Positions 28,200 through 41,899 of a stretch of 64,000 nt of DNA are shown in pieces. The notes below the pieces were generated by a model that made no database searches, was not told the DNA's origin, and worked only from the letters and a program-made list of their open reading frames with translations. A program made the translations under genes and the position numbers. Each line of letters opens with the position of its first letter. Positions within the stretch are counted from its first letter, which is position 1. Source of the stretch: Auanema rhodensis (lineage: Eukaryota; Animalia; Nematoda); the NCBI GenBank assembly GCA_964057225.1, contig OZ059897.1, forward strand, positions 3,348,001 to 3,412,000, in the 5' to 3' direction.

Positions 28200-31100
28200 A
28201 CGATCATAACTTATTTTTGTATAGAGCGTTTCTCAATGTAGTATAGTGCATTCGATGCGGATTTTTAAGAGATATCAACTGATATATGTTCACACTTATA
28301 TCCTCGATTTTCACCCTGAAGAAATGATTTTTTCGATGAAAAAACATTGTCCATCGTCTTTGCCTTGAAAAAAGGAATCTAAAAACATCTACTTTTTGTG
28401 AAATTATTCAGAAATTTTTCGGGAAAATTTTTGTCAAAATGTTTTTGGAAGCAATGTTGAGTGTACATGGGAACTCAACATACACTAATGCATTATTTTT
28501 CAAACGATCATAACTTATTTTTGTATAGAGCGTTTCTCAATGTAGTATAGTGCATTCGATGCGGATTTTTAAGCTGCGTCGATCTGTGTTATCAGATTTG
28601 AGTTAACTTAAAAATGCACCGAGATATCAACTGATATAGGTTCACACTTATATCCTCGATTTTCACCCTGAAGAATTTATTTTTTCGTTGAATAACATTG
28701 TCCATCGTCTTCGCCTTGAAAGAAGGAATCTAAAAACATCTACTTTTTGTGAAATTATTCAGAAATTTTTCGGGAAAATTTTTGTCAAAATGTTTTTGGA
28801 AGCAATGTTGAGTGTACATGGGAACTCAACATACACTAATGCATTATTTTTCAAACGATCATAACTTATTTTTGTATAGAGCGTTTCTCAATGTAGTATA
28901 GTGCATTCGATGCGGATTTTTAAGCTGCGTCGATCTGTGTTATCAGATTTGAGTTAACTTAAAAATGCACCGAGATATCAACTGATATAGGTTCACACTT
29001 ATATCCTCGATTTTCACCCTGAAGAAATGATTTTTTCGTTGAAAAACATTGTCCATCGTCTTCGTCATGAAAAAAGGAATCTAAAAACATCTACTTTTTG
29101 TGAAATTATTCAGAAAATTTTCGGGAAAATTTTTGTCAAAATGTTTTTGGAAGCAATGTTGAGTGTACATGGGAACTCAACATACACTAATGCATTATTT
29201 TTCAAACGATCATAACTAATTTTTGTAAATAGCGTTTCTCAAGGTAGTATAGTGCATTCGATGCGGATTTTTAAGCTGCGTCGATCTGTGTTATCAGATT
29301 TGAGCTAGCTTAAAAATGCACCGAGATATCAACAGATATATGTTCACACTTATATTCTCGATTTTCACCCTGAAGAAATGATTTTTTCGTTGAAAAACAT
29401 TGTCCATCGTCTTCGTCATGAAAAAAGGAATCTAAAAACATCTACTGTTTGTGAAATTATTTAGAAATTTTTCGGGAAAATTTTTGTCAAAATGTTTTTG
29501 GAAGCAATGTTGAGTGTACATGGGAACTCAACATACACTAATGCATTATTTTTCAAACGATCATAACTAATTTTTGTAAATAGCGTTTCTCAAGGTAGTA
29601 TAGTGCATTCGATGCGGATTTTTAAGCTGCGTCGATCTGTGTTATCAGATTTGAGCTAGCTTAAAAATGCACCGAGATATCAACAGATATATGTTCACAC
29701 TTATATCCTCGATTTTCACCCTGAAGAAATGATTTTTTCGTTGAAAAAACATTGTCCATCGTCTTTGCCTTGAAAAAAGGAATCTAAAAACATCTACTTT
29801 TTGTGAAATTATTTAGAAATTTTTCGGGAAAATTTTTGTCAAAATGTTTTTGGAAGCAATGTTGAGTGTACATGGGAACTCAACATACACTAATGCATTA
29901 TTTTTCAAACGATAATAACTAATTTTTGTATAGAGCGTTTCTTAATGTAGTAAAGTGCATTCGATGCGGATTTTTAAGCTGCGTCGATCTGTGTTATCAG
30001 ATTTGAGTTAGCTTAAAAATGCACCGAGATATCAACTGATATATGTTCACACTTATATCCTCGATTTTCACCCTGAAGAAATGATTTTTTCGTTGAAAAA
30101 ACATTGTCCATCGTCTTTGCCTTGAAAAAAGGAATCTAAAAACATCTACTGTTTGTGAAATTATTTAGAAATTTTTCGGGAAAATTTTTGTCAAAATGTT
30201 TTTGGAAGCAATGTTGAGTGTACATGGGAACTCAACATACACTAATGCATTATTTTTCAAACGATAATAACTAATTTTTGTATAGAGCGTTTCTTAATGT
30301 AGTAAAGTGCATTCGATGCGGATTTTTAAGCTGCGTCGATCTGTGTTATCAGATTTGAGTTAGCTTAAAAATGCACCGAGATATCAACAGATATATGTTC
30401 ACACTTATATCCTCGATTTTCACCCTGAAGAAATGATTTTTTCGTTGGAAAAACATTGTCCATCGTCTTTGCCTTGAAAAAAGGAATCTAAAAACATCTA
30501 CTTTTTGTGAAATTATTTAGAAATTTTTCGGGAAAATTTTTGTCAAAATGTTTTTGGAAGCAATGTTGAGTGTACATGGGAACTCAACATACACTAATGC
30601 ATTATTTTTCAAACGATAATAACTAATTTTTGTATAGAGCGTTTCTTAATGTAGTAAAGTGCATTCGATGCGGATTTTTAAGCTGCGTCGATCTGTGTTA
30701 TCAGATTTGAGTTAGCTTAAAAATGCACCGAGATATCAACTGATATATGTTCACACTTATATCCTCGATTTTCACCCTGAAGAAATGATTTTTTCGTTGA
30801 AAAAACATTGTCCATCGTCTTTGCCTTGAAAAAAGGAATCTAAAAACATCTACTTTTTGTGAAATTATTTAGAAATTTTTCGGGAAAATTTTTGTCAAAA
30901 TGTTTTTGGAAGCAATGTTGAGTGTACATGGGAACTCAACATACACTAATGCATTATTTTTCAAACGATCATAACTTATTTTTGTATAGAGCGTTTCTCA
31001 ATGTAGTATAGTGCATTCGATGCGGATTTTTAAGCTGCGTCGATCTGTGTTATCTGATTTGAGCTAGCTTGAAAATGTACCGAGATATCAACTGATATAT

Positions 31101-34100
31101 GTTCACACTTATATCCTCGATTTTCACCCTGAAGAATTTATTTTTTCGTTGAATAACATTGTCCATCGTCTTCGCCTTGAAAGAAGGAATCTAAAAACAT
31201 CTACTTTTTGTGAAATTATTTAGAAATTTTTCGGGAAAATTTTTGTCAAAATGTTTTTGGAAGCAATGTTGAGTGTACATGGGAACTCAGCATACACTAA
31301 TGCATTATTTTTCAAACGATAATAACTAATTTTTGTATAGAGCGTTTCTTAATGTAGTAAAGTGCATTCGATGCGGATTTTTAAGCTGTGTCGTTCTGTG
31401 TTATCAGATTTGAGTTAGCTTAAAAATGCACCGAGATATCAACTGATATATGTTCACACTTATATCCTCGATTTTCACCCTGAAGAAATGATTTTTTCGT
31501 TGAAAAAACATTGTCCATCGTCTTTGCCTTGAAAAAAGGAATCTAAAAACATCTACTTTTTGTGAAATTATTCAGAAATTTTTCGGGAAAATTTTTGTCA
31601 AAATGTTTTTGGAAGCAATGTTGAGTGTACATGGGAACTCAACATACACTAATGCATTATTTTTCAAACGATAATAACTAATTTTTGTATAGAGCGTTTC
31701 TTAATGTAGTAAAGTGCATTCGATGCGGATTTTTAAGCTGCGTCGATCTGTGTTATCAGATTTGAGTTAGCTTAAAAATGCACCGAGATATCAACTGATA
31801 TATGTTCACACTTATATCCTCGATTTTCACCCTGAAGAAATGATTTTTTCGTTGAAAAAACATTGTCCATCGTCTTTGCCTTGAAAAAAGGAATCTAAAA
31901 ACATCTACTTTTTGTGAAATTATTTAGAAATTTTTCGGGAAAATTTTTGTCAAAATGTTTTTGGAAGCAATGTTGAGTGTACATGGGAACTCAACATACA
32001 CTAATGCATTATTTTTCAAACGATCATAACTTATTTTTGTATAGAGCGTTTCTCAATGTAGTATAGTGCATTCGATGCGGATTTTTAAGCTGCGTCGATC
32101 TGTGTTATCAGATTTGAGTTAGCTTAAAAATGCACCGAGATATCAACTGATATAGGTTCACACTTATATCCTCGATTTTCACCCTGAAGAAATGATTTTT
32201 TCGTTGAATAACATTGTCCATCGTCTTCGCCTTGAAAGAAGGAATCTAAAAACATCTACTTTTTGTGAAATTATTCAGAAATTTTTCGGGAAAATTTTTG
32301 TCAAAATGTTTTTGGAAGCAATGTTGAGTGTACATGGGAACTCAACATACACTAATGCATTATTTTTCAAACGATCATAACTTATTTTTGTATAGAGCGT
32401 TTCTCAATGTAGTATAGTGCATTCGATGCGGATTTTTAAGCTGCGTCGATCTGTGTTATCGGATTTGAGTTAACTTAAAAATGCACCGAGATATCAACTG
32501 ATATAGGTTCACACTTATATCCTCGATTTTCACCCTGAAGAATTTATTTTTTCGTTGAATAACATTGTCCATCGTCTTCGCCTTGAAAGAAGGAATCTAA
32601 AAACATCTACTTTTTGTGAAATTATTCAGAAATTTTTCGGGAAAATTTTTGTCAAAATGTTTTTGGAAGCAATGTTGAGTGTACATGGGAACTCAACATA
32701 CACTAATGCATTATTTTTCAAACGATCATAACTTATTTTTGTATAGAGCGTTTCTCAATGTAGTATAGTGCATTCGATGCGGATTTTTAAGCTGCGTTGA
32801 TCTGTGTTATCAGATTTGAGTTAGCTTAAAAATGCACCGAGATATCAACTGATATATGTTCACACTTATATCCTCGATTTTCACCCTGAAGAAATGATTT
32901 TTTCGTTGAAAAAACATTGTCCATCGTCTTTGCCTTGAAAAAAGGAATCTAAAAACATCTACTTTTTGTGAAATTATTTAGAAATTTTTCGGGAAAATTT
33001 TTGTCAAAATGTTTTTGGAAGCAATGTTGAGTGTACATGGGAACTCAACATACACTAATGCATTATTTTTCAAACGATCATAACTTATTTTTGTATAGAG
33101 CGTTTCTCAATGTAGTATAGTGCATTCGATGCGGATTTTTAAGCTGCGTCGATCTGTGTTATCGGATTTGAGTTAACTTAAAAATGCACCGAGATATCAA
33201 CTGATATAGGTTCACACTTATATCCTCGATTTTCACCCTGAAGAATTTATTTTTTCGTTGAATAACATTGTCCATCGTCTTTGCCTTGAAAGAAGGAATC
33301 TAAAAACATCTACTTTTTGTGAAATTATTCAGAAATTTTTCGGGAAAATTTTTGTCAAAATGTTTTTGGAAGCAATGTTGAGTGTACATGGGAACTCAAC
33401 ATACACTAATGCATTATTTTTCAAACGATCATAACTTATTTTTGTATAGAGCGTTTCTCAATGTAGTATAGTGCATTCGATGCGGATTTTTAAGCTGCGT
33501 TGATCTGTGTTATCAGATTTGAGTTAGCTTAAAAATGCACCGAGATATCAACTGATATATGTTCACACTTATATCCTCGATTTTCACCCTGAAGAAATGA
33601 TTTTTTCGTTGAAAAAACATTGTCCATCGTCTTTGCCTTGAAAAAAGGAATCTAAAAACATCTACTTTTTGTGAAATTATTTAGAAATTTTTCGGGAAAA
33701 TTTTTGTCAAAATGTTTTTGGAAGCAATGTTGAGTGTACATGGGAACTCAACATACACTAATGCATTATTTTTCAAACGATAATAACTAATTTTTGTATA
33801 GAGCGTTTCTTAATGTAGTAAAGTGCATTCGATGCGGATTTTTAAGCTGCGTCGATCTGTGTTATCAGATTTGAGTTAGCTTAAAAATGCACCGAGATAT
33901 CAACTGATATATGTTCACACTTATATCCTCGATTTTCACCCTGAAGAAATGATTTTTTCGTTGAAAAAACATTGTCCATCGTCTTTGCCTTGAAAAAAGG
34001 AATCTAAAAACATCTACTTTTTGTGAAATTATTTAGAAATTTTTCGGGAAAATTTTTGTCAAAATGTTTTTGGAAGCAATGTTGAGTGTACATGGGAACT

Positions 34101-37100
34101 CAACATACACTAATGCATTATTTTTCAAACGATCATAACTTATTTTTGTATAGAGCGTTTCTCAATGTAGTATAGTGCATTCGATGCGGATTTTTAAGCT
34201 GCGTCGATCTGTGTTATCAGATTTGAGTTAACTTAAAAATGCACCGAGATATCAACTGATATAGGTTCACACTTATATCCTCGATTTTCACCCTGAAGAA
34301 ATGATTTTTTCGATGAAAAAACATTGTCCATCGTCTTTGCCTTGAAAAAAGGAATCTAAAAACATCTACTTTTTGTGAAATTATTCAGAAATTTTTCGGG
34401 AAAATTTTTGTCAAAATGTTTTTGGAAGCAATGTTGAGTGTACATGGGAACTCAACATACACTAATGCATTATTTTTCAAACGATCATAACTTATTTTTG
34501 TATAGAGCGTTTCTCAATGTAGTATAGTGCATTCGATGCGGATTTTTAAGCTGCGTCGATCTGTGTTATCGGATTTGAGTTAACTTAAAAATGCACCGAG
34601 ATATCAACTGATATAGGTTCACACTTATATCCTCGATTTTCACCCTGAAGAATTTATTTTTTCGTTGAATAACATTTTCCATCGTCTTCGCCTTGAAAGA
34701 AGGAATCTAAAAACATCTACTTTTTGTGAAATTATTCAGAAATTTTTCGGGAAAATTTTTGTCAAAATGTTTTTGGAAGCAATGTTGAGTGTACATGGGA
34801 ACTCAACATACACTAATGCATTATTTTTCAAACGATCATAACTTATTTTTGTATAGAGCGTTTCTCAATGTAGTATAGTGCATTCGATGCGGATTTTTAA
34901 GAGATATCAACTGATATATGTTCACACTTATATCCTCGATTTTCACCCTGAAGAAATGATTTTTTCGATGAAAAAACATTGTCCATCGTCTTCGCCTTGA
35001 AAGAAGGAATCTAAAAACATCTACTTTTTGTGAAATTATTCAGAAATTTTTCGGGAAAATTTTTGTCAAAATGTTTTTGGAAGCAATGTTGAGTGTACAT
35101 GGGAACTCAACATACACTAATGCATTATTTTTCAAACGATCATAACTTATTTTTGTATAGAGCGTTTCTCAATGTAGTATAGTGCATTCGATGCGGATTT
35201 TTAAGCTGCGTCGATCTGTGTTATCAGATTTGAGTTAACTTAAAAATGCACCGAGATATCAACTGATATAGGTTCACACTTATATCCTCGATTTTCACCC
35301 TGAAGAATTTATTTTTTCGTTGAATAACATTGTCCATCGTCTTCGCCTTGAAAGAAGGAATCTAAAAACATCTACTTTTTGTGAAATTATTCAGAAATTT
35401 TTCGGGAAAATTTTTGTCAAAATGTTTTTGGAAGCAATGTTGAGTGTACATGGGAACTCAACATACACTAATGCATTATTTTTCAAACGATCATAACTTA
35501 TTTTTGTATAGAGCGTTTCTCAATGTAGTATAGTGCATTCGATGCGGATTTTTAAGCTGCGTCGATCTGTGTTATCAGATTTGAGTTAACTTAAAAATGC
35601 ACCGAGATATCAACTGATATAGGTTCACACTTATATCCTCGATTTTCACCCTGAAGAAATGATTTTTTCGTTGAAAAACATTGTCCATCGTCTTCGTCAT
35701 GAAAAAAGGAATCTAAAAACATCTACTTTTTGTGAAATTATTCAGAAAATTTTCGGGAAAATTTTTGTCAAAATGTTTTTGGAAGCAATGTTGAGTGTAC
35801 ATGGGAACTCAACATACACTAATGCATTATTTTTCAAACGATCATAACTAATTTTTGTAAATAGCGTTTCTCAAGGTAGTATAGTGCATTCGATGCGGAT
35901 TTTTAAGCTGCGTCGATCTGTGTTATCAGATTTGAGCTAGCTTAAAAATGCACCGAGATATCAACAGATATATGTTCACACTTATATCCTCGATTTTCAC
36001 CCTGAAGAAATGATTTTTTCGTTGAAAAACATTGTCCATCGTCTTCGTCATGAAAAAAGGAATCTAAAAACATCTACTGTTTGTGAAATTATTTAGAAAT
36101 TTTTCGGGAAAATTTTTGTCAAAATGTTTTTGGAAGCAATGTTGAGTGTACATGGGAACTCAACATACACTAATGCATTATTTTTCAAACGATCATAACT
36201 AATTTTTGTAAATAGCGTTTCTCAAGGTAGTATAGTGCATTCGATGCGGATTTTTAAGCTGCGTCGATCTGTGTTATCAGATTTGAGCTAGCTTAAAAAT
36301 GCACCGAGATATCAACAGATATATGTTCACACTTATATCCTCGATTTTCACCCTGAAGAAATGATTTTTTCGTTGAAAAAACATTGTCCATCGTCTTTGC
36401 CTTGAAAAAAGGAATCTAAAAACATCTACTTTTTGTGAAATTATTTAGAAATTTTTCGGGAAAATTTTTGTCAAAATGTTTTTGGAAGCAATGTTGAGTG
36501 TACATGGGAACTCAACATACACTAATGCATTATTTTTCAAACGATAATAACTAATTTTTGTATAGAGCGTTTCTTAATGTAGTAAAGTGCATTCGATGCG
36601 GATTTTTAAGCTGCGTCGATCTGTGTTATCAGATTTGAGTTAGCTTAAAAATGCACCGAGATATCAACTGATATATGTTCACACTTATATCCTCGATTTT
36701 CACCCTGAAGAAATGATTTTTTCGTTGAAAAAACATTGTCCATCGTCTTTGCCTTGAAAAAAGGAATCTAAAAACATCTACTGTTTGTGAAATTATTTAG
36801 AAATTTTTCGGGAAAATTTTTGTCAAAATGTTTTTGGAAGCAATGTTGAGTGTACATGGGAACTCAACATACACTAATGCATTATTTTTCAAACGATAAT
36901 AACTAATTTTTGTATAGAGCGTTTCTTAATGTAGTAAAGTGCATTCGATGCGGATTTTTAAGCTGCGTCGATCTGTGTTATCAGATTTGAGTTAGCTTAA
37001 AAATGCACCGAGATATCAACAGATATATGTTCACACTTATATCCTCGATTTTCACCCTGAAGAAATGATTTTTTCGTTGGAAAAACATTGTCCATCGTCT

Positions 37101-38740
37101 TTGCCTTGAAAAAAGGAATCTAAAAACATCTACTTTTTGTGAAATTATTTAGAAATTTTTCGGGAAAATTTTTGTCAAAATGTTTTTGGAAGCAATGTTG
37201 AGTGTACATGGGAACTCAACATACACTAATGCATTATTTTTCAAACGATAATAACTAATTTTTGTATAGAGCGTTTCTTAATGTAGTAAAGTGCATTCGA
37301 TGCGGATTTTTAAGCTGCGTCGATCTGTGTTATCAGATTTGAGTTAGCTTAAAAATGCACCGAGATATCAACTGATATATGTTCACACTTATATCCTCGA
37401 TTTTCACCCTGAAGAAATGATTTTTTCGTTGAAAAAACATTGTCCATCGTCTTTGCCTTGAAAAAAGGAATCTAAAAACATCTACTTTTTGTGAAATTAT
37501 TTAGAAATTTTTCGGGAAAATTTTTGTCAAAATGTTTTTGGAAGCAATGTTGAGTGTACATGGGAACTCAACATACACTAATGCATTATTTTTCAAACGA
37601 TCATAACTTATTTTTGTATAGAGCGTTTCTCAATGTAGTATAGTGCATTCGATGCGGATTTTTAAGCTGCGTCGATCTGTGTTATCTGATTTGAGCTAGC
37701 TTGAAAATGTACCGAGATATCAACTGATATATGTTCACACTTATATCCTCGATTTTCACCCTGAAGAATTTATTTTTTCGTTGAATAACATTGTCCATCG
37801 TCTTCGCCTTGAAAGAAGGAATCTAAAAACATCTACTTTTTGTGAAATTATTTAGAAATTTTTCGGGAAAATTTTTGTCAAAATGTTTTTGGAAGCAATG
37901 TTGAGTGTACATGGGAACTCAGCATACACTAATGCATTATTTTTCAAACGATAATAACTAATTTTTGTATAGAGCGTTTCTTAATGTAGTAAAGTGCATT
38001 CGATGCGGATTTTTAAGCTGTGTCGTTCTGTGTTATCAGATTTGAGTTAGCTTAAAAATGCACCGAGATATCAACTGATATATGTTCACACTTATATCCT
38101 CGATTTTCACCCTGAAGAAATGATTTTTTCGTTGAAAAAACATTGTCCATCGTCTTTGCCTTGAAAAAAGGAATCTAAAAACATCTACTTTTTGTGAAAT
38201 TATTCAGAAATTTTTCGGGAAAATTTTTGTCAAAATGTTTTTGGAAGCAATGTTGAGTGTACATGGGAACTCAACATACACTAATGCATTATTTTTCAAA
38301 CGATAATAACTAATTTTTGTATAGAGCGTTTCTTAATGTAGTAAAGTGCATTCGATGCGGATTTTTAAGCTGCGTCGATCTGTGTTATCAGATTTGAGTT
38401 AGCTTAAAAATGCACCGAGATATCAACTGATATATGTTCACACTTATATCCTCGATTTTCACCCTGAAGAAATGATTTTTTCGTTGAAAAAACATTGTCC
38501 ATCGTCTTTGCCTTGAAAAAAGGAATCTAAAAACATCTACTTTTTGTGAAATTATTTAGAAATTTTTCGGGAAAATTTTTGTCAAAATGTTTTTGGAAGC
38601 AATGTTGAGTGTACATGGGAACTCAACATACACTAATGCATTATTTTTCAAACGATCATAACTTATTTTTGTATAGAGCGTTTCTCAATGTAGTATAGTG
38701 CATTCGATGCGGATTTTTAAGCTGCGTCGATCTGTGTTAT
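28200..38740. repeat. Block of about 11 monomers (28.2-32.1 kb) repeated 6632 bp downstream (19 monomers including one 48-bp deletion)
   Basis: The deletion junction (28269/34901) and SNPs at 28336/34968, 29334/35966, 30448/37080 and 31055/37687 are all 6632 bp apart. Confidence 0.9.
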
Positions 38741-41700
38741 CCGATTTGAGCTAGCTTGAAAATGTAACGAGATATCAACTGATATATGTTCACACTTATA
38801 TCCTCGATTTTCACCCTGAAGAATTTATTTTTTCGTTGAATAACATTGTCCATCGTCTTTGCCTTGAAAGAAGGAATCTAAAAACATCTACTTTTTGTGA
38901 AATTATTTAGAAATTTTTCGGGAAAATTTTTGTCAAAATGTTTTTGGAAGCAATGTTGAGTGTACATGGGAACTCAGCATACACTAATGCATTATTTTTC
39001 AAACGATAATAACTAATTTTTGTATGGAGCGTTTCTTAATGTAGTAAAGTGCATTCGATGCGGATTTTTAAGCTGTGTCGTTCTGTGTTATCAGATTTGA
39101 GTTAGCTTAAAAATGCACCGAGATATCAACTGATATATGTTCACACTTATATCCTCGATTTTCACCCTGAAGAAATGATTTTTTCGTTGAAAAAACATTG
39201 TCCATCGTCTTTGCCTTGAAAAAAGGAATCTAAAAACATCTACTTTTTGTGAAATTATTCAGAAATTTTTCGGGAAAATTTTTGTCAAAATGTTTTTGGA
39301 AGCAATGTTGAGTGTACATGGGAACTCAACATACACTAATGCATTATTTTTCAAACGATCATAACTTATTTTTGTATAGAGCGTTTCTCAATGTAGTATA
39401 GTGCATTCGATGCGAATTTTTAAGCTGCGTCGATCTGTGTTATCAGATTTGAGTTAACTTAAAAATGCACCGAGATATCAACTGATATAGGTTCACACTT
39501 ATATCCTCGATTTTCACCCTGAAGAAATGATTTTTTGGTTGAAAAACATTGTCCATCGTCTTTGTCTTGAAAAAAGGAATCTAAAAACATCTACTTTTTG
39601 TGAAATTATTTAGAAATTTTTCGGGAAAATTTTTGTCAAAATGTTTTTGGAAGCAATGTTGAGTGTACATGGGAACTCAGCATACACTAATGCATTATTT
39701 TTCAAACGATAATAACTAATTTTTGTATAGAGCGTTTCTTAATGTAGTAAAGTGCATTCGATGCGGATTTTTAAGCTGTGTCGTTCTGTGTTATCAGATT
39801 TGAGTTAGCTTAAAAATGCACCGAGATATCAACTGATATATGTTCACACTTATATCCTCGATTTTCACCCTGAAGAAATGATTTTTTCGTTGAAAAAACA
39901 TTGTCCATCGTCTTTGTCATGAAAAAAGGAATCTAAAAACATATACTTTTTGTGAAATTATTCAGAAAATTTTCGGGAAAATTTTTGTCAAAATGTGTTT
40001 GGAAGCAATGTTGAGTGTACATGGGAACTCAACATACACTAATGCATTATTTTTCAAACGATCATAACTAATTTTTGTGAATAGCGTTTCTCAAGGTAGT
40101 ATAGTGCATTCGATGCGGATTTTTAAGCTGCGTCGATCTGTGTTATCAGATTTGAGTTAGCTTAAAAATGCACCGAGATATCAACTGATATAGGTTCACA
40201 CTTATATCCTCGATTTTCACCCTGAAGAAATGATTTTTTCGTTGAAAAACATTGTCCATCGTCTTCGTCATGAAAAAAGGAATCTAAAAACATCTACTTT
40301 TTGTGAAATTATTCAGAAATTTTTCGGGAAAATTTTTGTCAAAATGTTTTTGGAAGCAATGTTGAGTGTACATGGGAACTCAACATACACTAATGCATTA
40401 TTTTTCAAACGATCATAACTAATTTTTGTGAATAGCGTTTCTCAAGGTAGTATAGTGCATTCGATGCGGATTTTTAAGCTGCGTCGATCTGTGTTATCAG
40501 ATTTGAGTTAGCTTAAAAATGCACCGAGATATCAACTGATATAGGTTCACACTTATATCCTCGATTTTCACCCTGAAGAAATGATTTTTTCGTTGAAAAA
40601 CATTGTTCATCGTCTTCGTCATGAAAAAAGGAATCTAAAAACATCTACTTTTTGTGAAATTATTCAGAAATTTTTCGGGAAAATTTTTGTCAAAATGTTT
40701 TTGGAAGCAATGTTGAGTGTACATGGGAACTCAACATACACTAATGCATTATTTTTCAAACGATCATAACTTATTTTTGTATAGAGCGTTTCTCAATGCA
40801 GTATAGTGCATTCGATGCGGATTTTTAAGCTGCGTCGATCTGTGTTATCCGATTTGAGCTAGCTTGAAAATGTACCGAGATATCAACTGATATATGTTCA
40901 CACTTATATCCTCGATTTTCACCCTGAAGAATTTATTTTTTCGTTGAATAACATTGTCCATCGTCTTCGCCTTGAAAGAAGGAATCTAAAAACATCTACT
41001 TTTTGTGAAATTATTTAGAAATTTTTCGGGAAAATTTTTGTCAAAATGTTTTTGGAAGCAATGTTGAGTGTACATGGGAACTCAGCATACACTAATGCAT
41101 TATTTTTCAAACGATAATAACTAATTTTTGTATAGAGCGTTTCTTAATGTAGTAAAGTGCATTCGATGCGGATTTTTAAGCTGTGTCGTTCTGTGTTATC
41201 AGATTTGAGTTAGCTTAAAAATGCACCGAGATATCAACTGATATATGTTCACACTTATATCCTCGATTTTCACCCTGAAGAAATGATTTTTTCGTTGAAA
41301 AAACATTGTCCATCGTCTTTGCCTTGAAAAAAGGAATCTAAAAACATCTACTTTTTGTGAAATTATTCAGAAATTTTTCGGGAAAATTTTTGTCAAAATG
41401 TTTTTGGAAGCAATGTTGAGTGTACATGGGAACTCAACATACACTAATGCATTATTTTTCAAACGATCATAACTTATTTTTGTATAGAGCGTTTCTCAAT
41501 GTAGTATAGTGCATTCGATGCGGATTTTTAAGCTGCGTCGATCTGTGTTATCAGATTTGAGTTAACTTAAAAATGCACCGAGATATCAACTGATATAGGT
41601 TCACACTTATATCCTCGATTTTCACCCTGAAGAAATGATTTTTTCGTTGAAAAAACATTGTCCATCGTCTTTGTCATGAAAAAAGGAATCTAAAAACATA

Positions 41701-41899
41701 TACTTTTTGTGAAATTATTCAGAAAATTTTCGGGAAAATTTTTGTCAAAATGTGTTTGGAAGCAATGTTGAGTGTACATGGGAACTCAACATACACTAAT
41801 GCATTATTTTTCAAACGATCATAACTAATTTTTGTGAATAGCGTTTCTCAAGGTAGTATAGTGCATTCGATGCGGATTTTTAAGCTGCGTCGATCTGTG

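Noticed and set aside
30440-30456. CENP-B box-like motif tttcgttggaaaaacat (also near 37072)
   Set aside because: It matches the first 12 nt of YTTCGTTGGAARCGGGA but lacks the essential CGGG. It also arises from a SNP present in only two monomers.
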